Shown here: positions 1-8,826 of the stretch, piece after piece | Layout of the letters: each line of letters opens with the position of its first letter | How positions within the stretch are numbered: the first letter of the stretch is position 1 | Assembly (NCBI GenBank): GCA_050257855.1 | Contig: JBLMXQ010000018.1 | Location: 5,486 to 69,485 of the forward strand | DNA: 64,000 nt | Direction of reading: 5' to 3' | Origin: Betaproteobacteria bacterium | GTDB taxonomy: Bacteria; Acidobacteriota; Vicinamibacteria; Vicinamibacterales; CAVVIG01 | Notes under the pieces: generated by a model | The model's input: the letters and a program-made list of their open reading frames with translations, nothing else | Told to the model about the DNA's origin: nothing | Database searches by the model: none | Position numbers and translations under genes: made by a program

Positions 1-1
1 G

Positions 2-493
2 GACCTGAATTTCAGCGACCCGTTTCTGTCGTTTCTCACCGACGAACTGCTGCCGTGGGCACAGCGCCAGTACCACTTCACGGCCACCGCCGCGCGCACC
101 GCGCTCGGCGGAGACAGCCTGTGCGGATTGTTTGGCGCGTACGCGGCGCTCCGCCGACCCGACGTCTTCGGTGAAGTGCTCGGACAGAGCGCCGCCTTTC
201 AGTTCAACAACAGCCACTCGGTGGTCGACGGCCAGGCGCCGGAGTGGATCGTGCGCCAGTTTCAGCAGTCGCCGAAGCTCGCGGTGAAGTTCTACCTGGA
301 AGTCGGCCTGATGGAGGACCGCTCGTCTGCGGGAAGCAACGTCACCCTTCTTTCGTCGAATCGCCGGCTGCGGGATGTGTTGACCGCCAAAGGCTACGCC
401 GTGGAGTATCGTGAGGTCTACGCCGATCACAATCCCGTGCATTGGCGCCGAACGCTGCCCGATGCGCTGATGCAGCTGCTTCCGCCCGCGTAG
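2..493 (+). CDS. Fes/enterochelin-esterase-like alpha/beta hydrolase, 5'-truncated by the window
   Basis: Frame open from base 2: DLNFSDPFLSFLTDELLPW...GGDSLCGLFGAYAALRRPDVFG..QS, then YLEVGLME and ADHNPVHW; Ser elbow, acid and His in Fes-family order. Confidence 0.75.
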   Translation, partial: DLNFSDPFLSFLTDELLPWAQRQYHFTATAARTALGGDSLCGLFGAYAALRRPDVFGEVLGQSAAFQFNNSHSVVDGQAPEWIVRQFQQSPKLAVKFYLEVGLMEDRSSAGSNVTLLSSNRRLRDVLTAKGYAVEYREVYADHNPVHWRRTLPDALMQLLPPA

Positions 494-630
494 CAAACGA
501 GTACGATCGCCGCGATCTTCCGGACCCGGCCACGCTCACGCCGCGCGGACGAGCCAGCTGCAGAAGTCGTCCCGAACAGCCAGCCATAACATATTCCGTC
601 ACAATAACTTACAGTCGATCAACGTCCGTC

Positions 631-648
631 TCGAATTCCTGCCTCTCA
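631..648 (+). repeat. Degenerate direct repeat of the tRNA-Gln 3' fragment at 3841-3858 (possible decayed att site)
   Basis: TCGAATTCCTGCCTCTCA vs TCGAATCCCTGCCTCCCA, 16/18 identical, both intergenic. Confidence 0.5.
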
Positions 649-844
649 CACCCGCGAGCTCATTCTTCGACTTCGACTTCCGCTCGTCGAACTCGAAACC
701 CGTCTCCAAGACTTCTCCACGTTCAGATTCACGCTGCCGTGCGACCCTGCAGCGCCCGAGTGATCACCAGGTCGAGAGCCCGCGACAGATCGACGGCCTC
801 GAGGCGCTGCCTTGAAGGAACCACAAGTGGTAAAATGTGGTCGC

Positions 845-1120
845 ATGCGCGAGAAACGAATCGGGATTCGGGAGCTGAAGACGACGCTGAGCGAATGCGT
901 GCGCGAGGTGAAGGCCGGCAGGTCGATCGTCGTCACCGAGCATGGCCGGCCTGTGGCGCGACTCGTTCCCGAGGCGGTGTCGCTGCCGGATCGGGTCGAG
1001 ACGCTCAGGCGGGCTGGAGCGATCGCGTGGAGCGGCCGGCGGCTGCGGTCCGCGCAGGCCGCGGGTAAGGTGCGCGGGAAGAGGACCGTCGCGGATCTGC
1101 TTGTCGAGAGTCGTGAGTGA
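845..1120 (+). CDS. Phd/YefM-family type II antitoxin
   Basis: MREKRIGIRELKTTLSECVREVKAGRSIVVTEHGRPVARLVP; start 845 follows extended -10 TGG-TAAAAT (831-836); GTGA overlap with toxin. Confidence 0.88.
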   Translation: MREKRIGIRELKTTLSECVREVKAGRSIVVTEHGRPVARLVPEAVSLPDRVETLRRAGAIAWSGRRLRSAQAAGKVRGKRTVADLLVESRE

Positions 1121-1563
1121 TCGCGTATCTTGACGCCAGCGCACTCGTGAAGCGGTACGTTGTCGAGCGCCGCTCACGAGAAACGATGGCGTTCATTGCC
1201 GATGCCGAAATCGCCGCGACATCGATCGTCAGCCGCGCCGAAGTGTCGGCGGCGCTCGCTCGGGCGGCTCGCACGAAACTCGTGACGCTCGACACGGCGC
1301 GAAAGGCCCAACGAGCATTCGCTGCGGATTGGCCGGATCTGGCGCGGGTTCCGGTTACGGAAGCACTTTCGGAGCGGGCAGAGGCCCTGGCCTGGGAGTT
1401 CGGCCTGCGCGGTTACGACACGGTACAGCTCGCGTCCGCTCTCACTTGGCAAGACTCCGTCGGCGCCGACGTGGTGATCGCCACGTTTGATGCGGAACTG
1501 TGGACGGCTGCATCGATGGCTGGCCTGAAAGCCTGGCCGGATAACCTGGTCAAAGCGCAATGA
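1117..1563 (+). CDS. vapC: VapC-family PIN-domain toxin
   Basis: YLDASALVKRY, E, GYDTVQLASA and TFD acidic PIN residues; 148 aa; coupled to the antitoxin. Confidence 0.88.
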   Translation: MIAYLDASALVKRYVVERRSRETMAFIADAEIAATSIVSRAEVSAALARAARTKLVTLDTARKAQRAFAADWPDLARVPVTEALSERAEALAWEFGLRGYDTVQLASALTWQDSVGADVVIATFDAELWTAASMAGLKAWPDNLVKAQ

Positions 1564-3530
1564 AGCTCCCAACGCCCCTTCCGATCGCGCTCGGTCGATT
1601 CAAGCAGCTGCCGCAGCGTACGAACGAAGTCTGGCAAGGTGGGTTCGTGAAGCTGCCGGTATGGATCGACAACGCGCGCGACCCTGCCGGCCGGCCTTAC
1701 CGGCCCACCGGTGTGCTGTGGGTCAGCCTGCGTACCGGGCTCCTGCACATGGCGTTGCCGGACGAAGACGCTGCTGCCACTCCGGAGTTGGCGCTGCAAG
1801 CCTTGATCGAATTCGGCCTGAAGGAATCGAAACGCCTCGACGGCCGGCCGTCTGTGATCGAGGTTCGAGATGCGCAACTGCGGGACGCGCTCGGCGAGAG
1901 GCTCGCAGCGCTGAAGACGTCGGTCCGACAGATCGAAGCGTTGCCGGCAGTCGCCGAGGCGCTTCGGAGCCTCGAGGCTGCCGCCGGTAGCGGCGAGCGA
2001 CCCGCAGGCCTGCTCGAGGGCGCCGGCGTCACCGTCGACCAGGTGAGGGCGTTTGCGGACGCGGCGGCCACGTTCTATCGCGCGGCGCCATGGCGACACT
2101 TGACGAACGAAGACTTGATCGTCGTGAAGGCGCCACGGATCCCGAAAGGCATGCGCCATGTCAGCGTGCTCGGTCACGGCGGCGAAGAATTCGGCATTGC
2201 CTTCTTCGACTCGCGCGCGGCATTCGAACGCATCTACTCACGCGCCGACGCCTTTCTGCCGGCGCGCGCAGTCGGTGTCACCTACGGGCCCCTTCATGAC
2301 CTGCCATTCGCGGATGTCGACGCGTGGGAGGAACTCGGCCTCCCCGTTGCCGATCCTCACGCGTACCCGCTGGCCGCCGATCTGGCGCCTAACACGATGC
2401 GGCGGTTCGACACGACTGAGCTTCGTACATCTGAGGCGGTGCTCCGGGCGCTCGCCGATACGACCGAAGACGAGTTGGACTCCGGATCATGGCGCAAGGT
2501 GGCGAATACAATTGGTGGCGCGATCGAGGTAGAGCTGACATTGCCGTTCTTGCTCGAAACGGAGCGAAAGCATCGCAGCGGTCCGACGCTGGCCGTTATG
2601 CAGCGGCTGGCGGAGCACACCAGCGGCCGTCTCGCGCGCCTGTTCGAGAATCAAGCCTTCGAGAGCCTGGACGAAGCGAATGCGGCAATCGAACGGGCCC
2701 AAGCGGATGGCGTCCTCGACGGGAACGCCGAGGAGGCGGCTAGGCGACCGTTGAACGCGCTGGAACAGGCGCAGGAGATCGCGTACGACGCCATGGAGGC
2801 GACGGGCCGCCTGCGAATCAAACTGGCACGGCGAGCGCTTGCCGTGTCGCCGGACTGCGCGGACGCCTGTGTGATCCTGGGCGACGCAGCCGCCACCGCG
2901 GAAGAAGCAAGGGACTGGTATCAGCGCGGCGTCGAAGCTGGCGCACGCGCGCTCGGGCCCGAGAAGTTCGCCGAGTTCGCGGGCAGCTTCTGGAGTCATC
3001 TCGAAACGCGGCCCTACATGCGCGCGGGCGTCGCGCTCGCGCAGGCACTTCGTGATCTCGGGCAGTACGAAGACGCACTCAATCGATTCAGAGAACTGCT
3101 TCGGCTCAACCCCGACGATAACCAGGGGGTGCGCTATCTCCTCTTGCCCGCATTGTTCGAACGGCAGAGGAGCGCCGAGGTCGACGAACTCTTGCGTCAC
3201 TACGATGGCGACATGCAGGCGATGTGGCCGTACGCGCAAGCGCTCCGCACCTTTCAGGCGGAAGGCGATACGGAGCGCGCCCGGGACGTGCTCGCAACCG
3301 CTGTGCGGGCGAATCCGCACGTCGTCGGCTATTTGCTCGATTCCGAGGCGATTCCCCAAATCGCACCACCCCACTTTGCACTCGGCAGTCGAGACGAGGC
3401 TGCCTTCGTTGCCGAGCATCTTGCGGCGGCATTTGACGCGTCACCAGGAGCGCACGCCTGGATTCGACGAGGCGCTCGGGACCGGCGTGGCGCACGCGGT
3501 CGGCGACCGAAGCGTTCCCACACGCGGTGA
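1560..3530 (+). CDS. 656-aa uncharacterised protein: N-terminal DUF6930/DUF7309-like domains plus C-terminal TPR/helical domain
   Basis: Long ORF with ATGA overlap to vapC; C-terminal ARRALAVSPDCADA...FWSHLETRPYMRA...LNPDDNQGVRYLL TPR-like block; DUF names from recall only. Confidence 0.75.
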   Translation: MKLPTPLPIALGRFKQLPQRTNEVWQGGFVKLPVWIDNARDPAGRPYRPTGVLWVSLRTGLLHMALPDEDAAATPELALQALIEFGLKESKRLDGRPSVIEVRDAQLRDALGERLAALKTSVRQIEALPAVAEALRSLEAAAGSGERPAGLLEGAGVTVDQVRAFADAAATFYRAAPWRHLTNEDLIVVKAPRIPKGMRHVSVLGHGGEEFGIAFFDSRAAFERIYSRADAFLPARAVGVTYGPLHDLPFADVDAWEELGLPVADPHAYPLAADLAPNTMRRFDTTELRTSEAVLRALADTTEDELDSGSWRKVANTIGGAIEVELTLPFLLETERKHRSGPTLAVMQRLAEHTSGRLARLFENQAFESLDEANAAIERAQADGVLDGNAEEAARRPLNALEQAQEIAYDAMEATGRLRIKLARRALAVSPDCADACVILGDAAATAEEARDWYQRGVEAGARALGPEKFAEFAGSFWSHLETRPYMRAGVALAQALRDLGQYEDALNRFRELLRLNPDDNQGVRYLLLPALFERQRSAEVDELLRHYDGDMQAMWPYAQALRTFQAEGDTERARDVLATAVRANPHVVGYLLDSEAIPQIAPPHFALGSRDEAAFVAEHLAAAFDASPGAHAWIRRGARDRRGARGRRPKRSHTR

Positions 3531-3839
3531 TCGGTGCGGGGCGCACAGCGACAGTTCCCAACCCGAACCGAAGCGCTCTGGCGCGATGGGACAGCGCTCC
3601 GGCTGTTGATCGAGGGGAGAGAACGGCCCGCTCGAGGCCGTTGAACCCATCGGCTGAGCGGGCGGTAAACGCAAGAGCGACTACCACGGTCTCTAGAATG
3701 TCTCCACGACCGGGGCAAAATCATGAAGACGCCGGTGGACAGGAGGGAACGAATCGGACGACGCGGGTGTGTGTGATTGAGGCGCTTAGAACCAGAAGTT
3801 ACGCGCCATCACCATCTTAGAAACAAGGCCTGTTCCGAT

Positions 3840-3862
3840 TTCGAATCCCTGCCTCCCAGCCA
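3840..3862 (+). other. Isolated 3' end of tRNA-Gln (T-loop to CCA), att-like scar
   Basis: TTCGAAT-CCCTG-CCTCCCA-G-CCA = T-loop, 3' T-stem, acceptor strand (pairs with U1-type TGGGAGG), G73, CCA; no 5' half upstream. Confidence 0.72.
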
Positions 3863-3984
3863 AGCTCATCAGTACCAAGCCCAAGGTCCAATCGTCCCGA
3901 GCGCGTATAACATGCACGTTTCGTCATGCGCCGATTTGCGGAGTCGTCGCTCCGCGTTCGGCGCTCGACCGACCGCGGAGGCGC

Positions 3985-4863
3985 ATGAAGCGGGCTGTTC
4001 CGACTCTGATCTTCATATCGCTTACCATCTCGCCGTGGCCGATCGCCATCCCGTTCTCGCAGTCCGCGAAGACTCCATCTCGGGTTTCCTTCATTCGTTC
4101 GAGGGACGGAGCACGCATCGCGGTCGAATGCGCGGGAGCAGGCCCGAGTCTCCTGATTGTTCACGGAGGCACCGGAGACCGCACGCGTTGGACGCCACTG
4201 CTCCCGCTGTTTGCGTCGCACTTCACTGTCTGTGCAATGGATCGCCGCGGCCACGGCCAAAGCGAACCCGGTCCGGACTATAGCTTGACGAAAGAATTCG
4301 AGGACGTCGCGGCCGTCGCGAATTCTCGACCGGGGCCCGTGTTCGTCCTGGGCCATTCGATTGGGGGGCTGTGCGCGCTCGAAGCCGCGTTTCTCACCAA
4401 CAAGATTTCAAAGCTGGTTCTTTACGAACCACCGTTACAGGATCTTGATCACACCGCCGTCGCCGACCGAATGGAAGAAATGATCCGCGCCGGCAATCGT
4501 GAGCAGGCATTGGTGACCTTCCTGCGGGAAATCGTGATGCTCTCCCCGGCTGAAATCGCCGCGATGAAACGTCAGGCATCGTGGCCTGATCGCGTCTCTG
4601 ACATTGACGCACAAATCCGTGAGATTCGAGCGGTCAATAAGTACCGCTTTGAGGCAAAGCGGATGAGGACCTTACAGGCGCCAACTTTGCTCCTTACCGG
4701 AAGCAAAACCGCTTCGCCACAACTGAAGCAGGCCATCAATTCATTGATGGATACCTTGCCCCGCCGGACTCTCGTCGTGTTCGAAGGGCAGGAACACAAC
4801 GCGATGGATCAGATACCGCAGCAGTTCGCCGAGACGGTGACGAAGTTTCTCCTTGCCGAGTAA
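3985..4863 (+). CDS. Secreted alpha/beta fold hydrolase
   Basis: Signal-peptide-like N-terminus, HGG oxyanion motif, GHSIGG nucleophile, QEHNAM catalytic His. Confidence 0.9.
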   Translation: MKRAVPTLIFISLTISPWPIAIPFSQSAKTPSRVSFIRSRDGARIAVECAGAGPSLLIVHGGTGDRTRWTPLLPLFASHFTVCAMDRRGHGQSEPGPDYSLTKEFEDVAAVANSRPGPVFVLGHSIGGLCALEAAFLTNKISKLVLYEPPLQDLDHTAVADRMEEMIRAGNREQALVTFLREIVMLSPAEIAAMKRQASWPDRVSDIDAQIREIRAVNKYRFEAKRMRTLQAPTLLLTGSKTASPQLKQAINSLMDTLPRRTLVVFEGQEHNAMDQIPQQFAETVTKFLLAE

Positions 4864-5322
4864 TCCACTGGTAGACCGCGTCCGCGGTTATCCGCATGCA
4901 CTGAACAGGGTGTTGCTGACAGCCAAGATCGACTGGAGACAAGCAGGATCACCGTGCATATTCCGCACTCTTACCGCCGGCGGTCGACGAGCATCGCCGG
5001 CATTGCAGGCGCGGGGCCGTCACCCGGCTTGTTCGAGTACAGGTTCCTCGTCAGTCATTTGGCAGTGGGATCTGCTTTCGGCAGCGCTCGCGTTTCCTGT
5101 CGTCAAGTACGGAGTGTTGGCGTGGTCATATTTCACGAGCTAGCGGGACACGCACGCACCGCGCTCCCATGAAGACAAGGCTCGCCGGCACGGCGTTCGC
5201 GATCGGGCTGCTGGTGGCATCGATCGCGGGTCATCCGGGCGCTGGTCTGGTGGATCGGCGGCACGCTCCCACGAGTCAACGACGTCCGACTCGACACGGT
5301 TGGCGTCGAGTGCGACGCTCCG

Positions 5323-5463
5323 GCCGCCCTCAATCATCCGCACATCTGCACGCTCCACGACACCGTTCGGCTGTCTGCTCCATGAAATGCTGACGGGCCG
5401 TCGTGCGTTCGAGGGCAAAACGCAGGCGAGCGTCATCGCGGCGATTCTCGAGCGCGAACCAGC
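5323..5463 (+). pseudogene. Hanks-type Ser/Thr kinase relic with large internal deletion
   Basis: AALNHPHICTLHD (subdomain IV region) joined out of frame to FGCLLHEMLTGRRAFEGKTQASVIAAILEREP (subdomain IX-X). Confidence 0.75.
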
Positions 5464-5465
5464 AT

Positions 5466-5630
5466 CTCGCCTGACGGGCGGTGGCTCGCATGCGTGGGTT
5501 ATCACAGATCGATCGTGACGCCGCATTCATCGATAAAGACGTACTGCCAGGCGTCACGCACATGTTGCGCAGCCAGATGGAATTCGTCGTGCTGCCGGTT
5601 CTCGAGTCGCGCGACGCCAACGGCTTCGAG
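5466..5630 (-). mobile_element. IS630-family transposase fragment
   Basis: Minus strand ...AAQHVRDAWQYVFIDECGVTIDL** (YVFIDECGVTIDL at 5543-5505) resembles the first-Asp VFxDE motif of IS630 DDE domains; stops follow. Confidence 0.5.
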
Positions 5631-5633
5631 TGA

Positions 5634-6158
5634 TCAGCGTGGTTCGAATCCCGAAGACCTCGTTGACGATGCCGACCCGCCGCGTTCCGTGGGCGAGGGG
5701 TCATTGCCGATGTCGGCGATGCATCGCCATTCGCCGTCCGAATCGCGGCGCCAGATGGACACGCCGCGCCCGTGCATTGTTGTGATCGCGCCGCCCGGCC
5801 CCGGCATCGTCGTCTCGTTGCTGCCGCGCAGGTAGGCCATGCCGCCGTTCGGCGAGAAAACGGGATTTTCGGACACCCAGCGGATCGAAAACCCCGGCAT
5901 CTGCAGCATGCGGGTCACGTACTTGCGAATCTCGGCTTTACCTGCGTGCGCCGGTTCGCCCGGCTCCATCATCACCGCATCGTCGGCGAAGTACGAGAGG
6001 GCCTTCTCGACATCTTTTCCAGCCGCGGCCGCCGACCACTCGGCGTCGAGGCGCAGCAGTTTCTGGCCTTCGGCCGACGCATTGAAAGACGGCCGCGCAC
6101 AAGCGGGGATCAGGAGCAGGGCCAGCGGCAGCCATCGCAACCTGCGGGACGCAATCAT
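5634..6158 (-). CDS. DUF4440/YybH (NTF2-like) exported protein, possibly lipoprotein
   Basis: RBS AAGGAGG before ATG 6158; LLLIPAC signal; LDAEWSAAAAGKDVEKALSYFADDAV...GRGVSIWRRDSDGEWRCIAD. Confidence 0.8.
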   Translation of the reverse strand: MIASRRLRWLPLALLLIPACARPSFNASAEGQKLLRLDAEWSAAAAGKDVEKALSYFADDAVMMEPGEPAHAGKAEIRKYVTRMLQMPGFSIRWVSENPVFSPNGGMAYLRGSNETTMPGPGGAITTMHGRGVSIWRRDSDGEWRCIADIGNDPSPTERGGSASSTRSSGFEPR

Positions 6159-6300
6159 GAGGGCCTCCTTGAACATCGGGTGACTCGGCTCGCATGCGAA
6201 GATAGGCCCGCCGGGCCGGGTGCGCCAAGACGACAAAGGCGGCCGTACGGCACGCGGCCCTCTTTGGCCACCGCCCTGGACGGAGGACTAGAATGTGCGC

Positions 6301-7914
6301 GTGCCGGCTATCGGGGGCGATCGGCTCGATTCCTGGAAGGAAATCGCCGCGTATCTCAATCGCGGCGTTCGCACCGTTCGCCGCTGGGAGAAGGACGAAG
6401 GCCTGCCCGTCCATCGGCATGTGCACCGCACGCAGGGCAGCGTGTACGCGTTCAAGTCGGAAATCGAGGCGTGGCGCCAGTCCGCGGCCCGCCGGCCGGC
6501 GAAACGTCCGCCCGAGGCGACGTCGATCGCTGTGCTGCCGTTCGCGAATCTGAGCGCGGATCCCGAGAACGAATACTTCGCCGACGGCCTGACGGACGAA
6601 GTCACGGCCGACCTGTCGACGGTGCGCGCGCTGCGCGTCATCTCACGCACGTCGTCGATGGCCCTCAAGGGCACGACGAAGGATCTCAGGACGATCGCCG
6701 GCGATCTTGGCGTGCGCTATCTGCTGGAGGGCAGCGTGCGCCGCGCAGGCGGTCGGCTGCGGATCACGGCCCAGCTGATCGACGCTGCGACCGACGCGCA
6801 CCTGTGGGCCGACAAGTACGACGGCTCCGTCGACGACATTTTTGCGTTCCAATCGACCCTGGCGCGCATGATTGTGAACGCGCTCGAGCTGCGGCTGAGC
6901 ACCGACGAAGAGCGCAGGCTGACGCGTCGGCCGATCCCGAACCTCCTGGCGTACGAGTGCTACCTTCGCGCCCGGCACGAAGGCTGGCGCTGGCGACGGG
7001 ACGCCATCGACCGCGCCATTCAACTCCTCGAGCAGGGTCTCGCGATCGTCGGGCCTAATGCCTCGCTGTACGCCGCACTCGGCCAGGCGCACCTGCAATA
7101 CCGCGAAGCTGGCATCGACCTCGGAGAGGGGCCGATCAAGAAAGCGGATGAGTGCGCGGCGAAACTGTTCGCGCTCGATTCGCAGTCAGCATCCGCCCTG
7201 CAACTGCGCGGCTGGATTCACTATTCGCGCGGGGCCATCCAGGACGCGGTCCGCGATCTGCAAGCAGCCCTCGCCGTCGATCCGAACAATGCGGACACGT
7301 TGGGATTGCTGAGCAACTGCTGCCTGATCTCCGGCAAGGTTACGGCCGGCCGTGCCTACGTGGCGCGGTTGCTGGCGGTCGATCCGCTCACCCCGCTGAA
7401 TCACTGCATGCCAGGCTTCGCCGACATCCTGGAAGGGCACTTCGAATCAGTCGAGGCTCCGTACCGTCAGATGTTCGAGATGGATCGCGCCAACCCCATG
7501 GCACGGCTCTTTTACGTCTGGGTGCTCATCCTGACGAAGCGGACCGACGCAGTCGATCCTATCGTGGAATCGTTTCCACCCGAGGAGCGCGAGACCGTTC
7601 CCGCGCGCATCGCACTTTTTCTGGCTCGCGCGCTGTCCGGAGACGCCGAGCGCGCCCACCGGGCGGTCACACCGGATATCGAACGCCTTGCGGCAGAGAG
7701 CGACATCTTCGCGCGCCTGCTCGCGCACGGTTACGCTCTAGCCGGCATGCCGGACTGCGCTCTGCACTGGCTCGGTGTCGCCATCGGGCGCGGGTTCATC
7801 AACTATCCGTTCCTTGCGAAGCACGACCCACTCCTGGCGTCGCTTCGCGGTGACCCACGATTTCAGGAGCTCCTCGCGATCACGCGCGAGCGGTGGGTGC
7901 GGTTCGAGGCGTAA
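6301..7914 (+). CDS. N-terminal HTH-like domain + TolB-like N-domain + TPR protein
   Basis: DRLDSWKEIAAYLNRGVRTVRRWEK; SIAVLPFANLSADPENEYFADGLT; TPR repeats; start GTG 6301 chosen because TAGAAT lies 6 nt upstream (ORF track start 6295). Confidence 0.85.
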   Translation: MPAIGGDRLDSWKEIAAYLNRGVRTVRRWEKDEGLPVHRHVHRTQGSVYAFKSEIEAWRQSAARRPAKRPPEATSIAVLPFANLSADPENEYFADGLTDEVTADLSTVRALRVISRTSSMALKGTTKDLRTIAGDLGVRYLLEGSVRRAGGRLRITAQLIDAATDAHLWADKYDGSVDDIFAFQSTLARMIVNALELRLSTDEERRLTRRPIPNLLAYECYLRARHEGWRWRRDAIDRAIQLLEQGLAIVGPNASLYAALGQAHLQYREAGIDLGEGPIKKADECAAKLFALDSQSASALQLRGWIHYSRGAIQDAVRDLQAALAVDPNNADTLGLLSNCCLISGKVTAGRAYVARLLAVDPLTPLNHCMPGFADILEGHFESVEAPYRQMFEMDRANPMARLFYVWVLILTKRTDAVDPIVESFPPEERETVPARIALFLARALSGDAERAHRAVTPDIERLAAESDIFARLLAHGYALAGMPDCALHWLGVAIGRGFINYPFLAKHDPLLASLRGDPRFQELLAITRERWVRFEA

Positions 7915-8053
7915 TCGCGCGTTCACACCTCGGGAAGGAACACGATTCCGGAACGGTCGTACGCTCGAATTTCTCGGTCGATCATCTCGCCATCGATCCC
8001 GGCTAGACTTCACGATTGATGTAGGTCTTCCGCGCCTGCGTGGATCTGTTCGA

Positions 8054-8434
8054 ATGAAGCAAAACGCAATCTTGGTCGTCACGTCTCTGCTCTCGATCCT
8101 CTTGCTGACGCTTCACATTACGGACGACATCGTCCGTGGGATATCGAAGGCCGAGCCCTCGAACATTGCGCTGCTCGTCCTTGCGGTCTTCCTGTACGGG
8201 ACGCTCGTGCTCGCCGAACGGCGATCGGGGCACGTCATCATGCTGCTCGTCGGCTTGTTCGCGGCGGCCATGCCCGTCATGCACATGAGGGGGGCACATT
8301 ACGGCGAGATCGCCAAGTCCGCCGGCGGCTTCTTCTTCGTCTGGACACTCTGGGCGCTCGGCGGGCTCGGGGGCGTCACCGTCATCCTCTCGGCGCGCGG
8401 ACTGTGGAGTCTGCGACGGGGCCAGCCGCGGTAG
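8054..8434 (+). CDS. Small membrane protein (about 4 TM helices)
   Basis: MKQNAILVVTSLLSILLLTLHITDDIVRG...; four hydrophobic segments; coding-like codon use. Confidence 0.75.
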   Translation: MKQNAILVVTSLLSILLLTLHITDDIVRGISKAEPSNIALLVLAVFLYGTLVLAERRSGHVIMLLVGLFAAAMPVMHMRGAHYGEIAKSAGGFFFVWTLWALGGLGGVTVILSARGLWSLRRGQPR

Positions 8435-8456
8435 TCGCAACTTCAGGGCCGACTAC
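8431..8456. repeat. Degenerate GTAG-type REP-like hairpin
   Basis: GTAGTCG-caacttcagggc-CGACTAC; contains CTGAAG on the minus strand like the 21332 hairpin. Confidence 0.35.
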
Positions 8457-8619
8457 GCGGCACGGATGAGCCCGTTGCGGAAAATCGTCCCGAACAGCCC
8501 GGCCAAATCCAAGTTCGAATCGCAATCCCAGTGTCTGAAGACGGCTGCGGCGGTTTCGAACTCCTCCCGCCTGACTTGTCAACGCAACAGAGGAGTCCCT
8601 CGCCATCTCAGACCTAGAA

Positions 8620-8775
8620 CGGGTTGAGGGTTCGCGTGGGCGGACCAGCTCGCGGGAAACCGTCGCGGCAGTCGGTCATGTACTTGCCTCCGAAAACGCC
8701 GAGGCGCAGCATCTGCTTCGACGTGAGCTGCGGGCTCGAACCCGGGGCCGAGGTTCCGCCGACCGGTTCGACACA
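8620..8775 (-). pseudogene. Relic of a conserved uncharacterised family carrying the GVFGGKYMTDC motif
   Basis: Minus strand EPVGGTSAPGSSPQLTSKQMLRLGVFGGKYMTDCRDGFP, then frameshift to ASWSAHA; no start or C-terminus; family recognised from memory. Confidence 0.55.
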
Positions 8776-8826
8776 GAATCGAGACGAGCCGCGCGTTCCG
8801 CAAGGTGGCGGCCGACATCTTCTGTC

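Noticed and set aside
580-615. AT-rich CATAACATATT..AATAACTTAC, possible dif/Xer site
   Set aside because: Does not fit the 11-6-11 XerC/XerD consensus.
650-700. Minus-strand FEFDERKSKSKN, resembling a BrnT toxin N-terminus
   Set aside because: Only about 10 residues match, with no start or continuation; chance cannot be excluded.
4870-5300. Possible genes between the hydrolase and the kinase relic (e.g. 5169-5393 with a signal-like start)
   Set aside because: No consistent frame or recognisable domain; probably further debris.
5640-5652. GGTTCGAATCCC tRNA T-loop-like sequence
   Set aside because: Lies inside the end of the DUF4440 CDS, with no acceptor stem or CCA.
8510-8760. TTCGAATC, TTCGAAC and GGTTCGAGCCC tRNA-like motifs
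   Set aside because: T-stems do not pair and there is no cloverleaf; one lies within the GVFGGKY relic.
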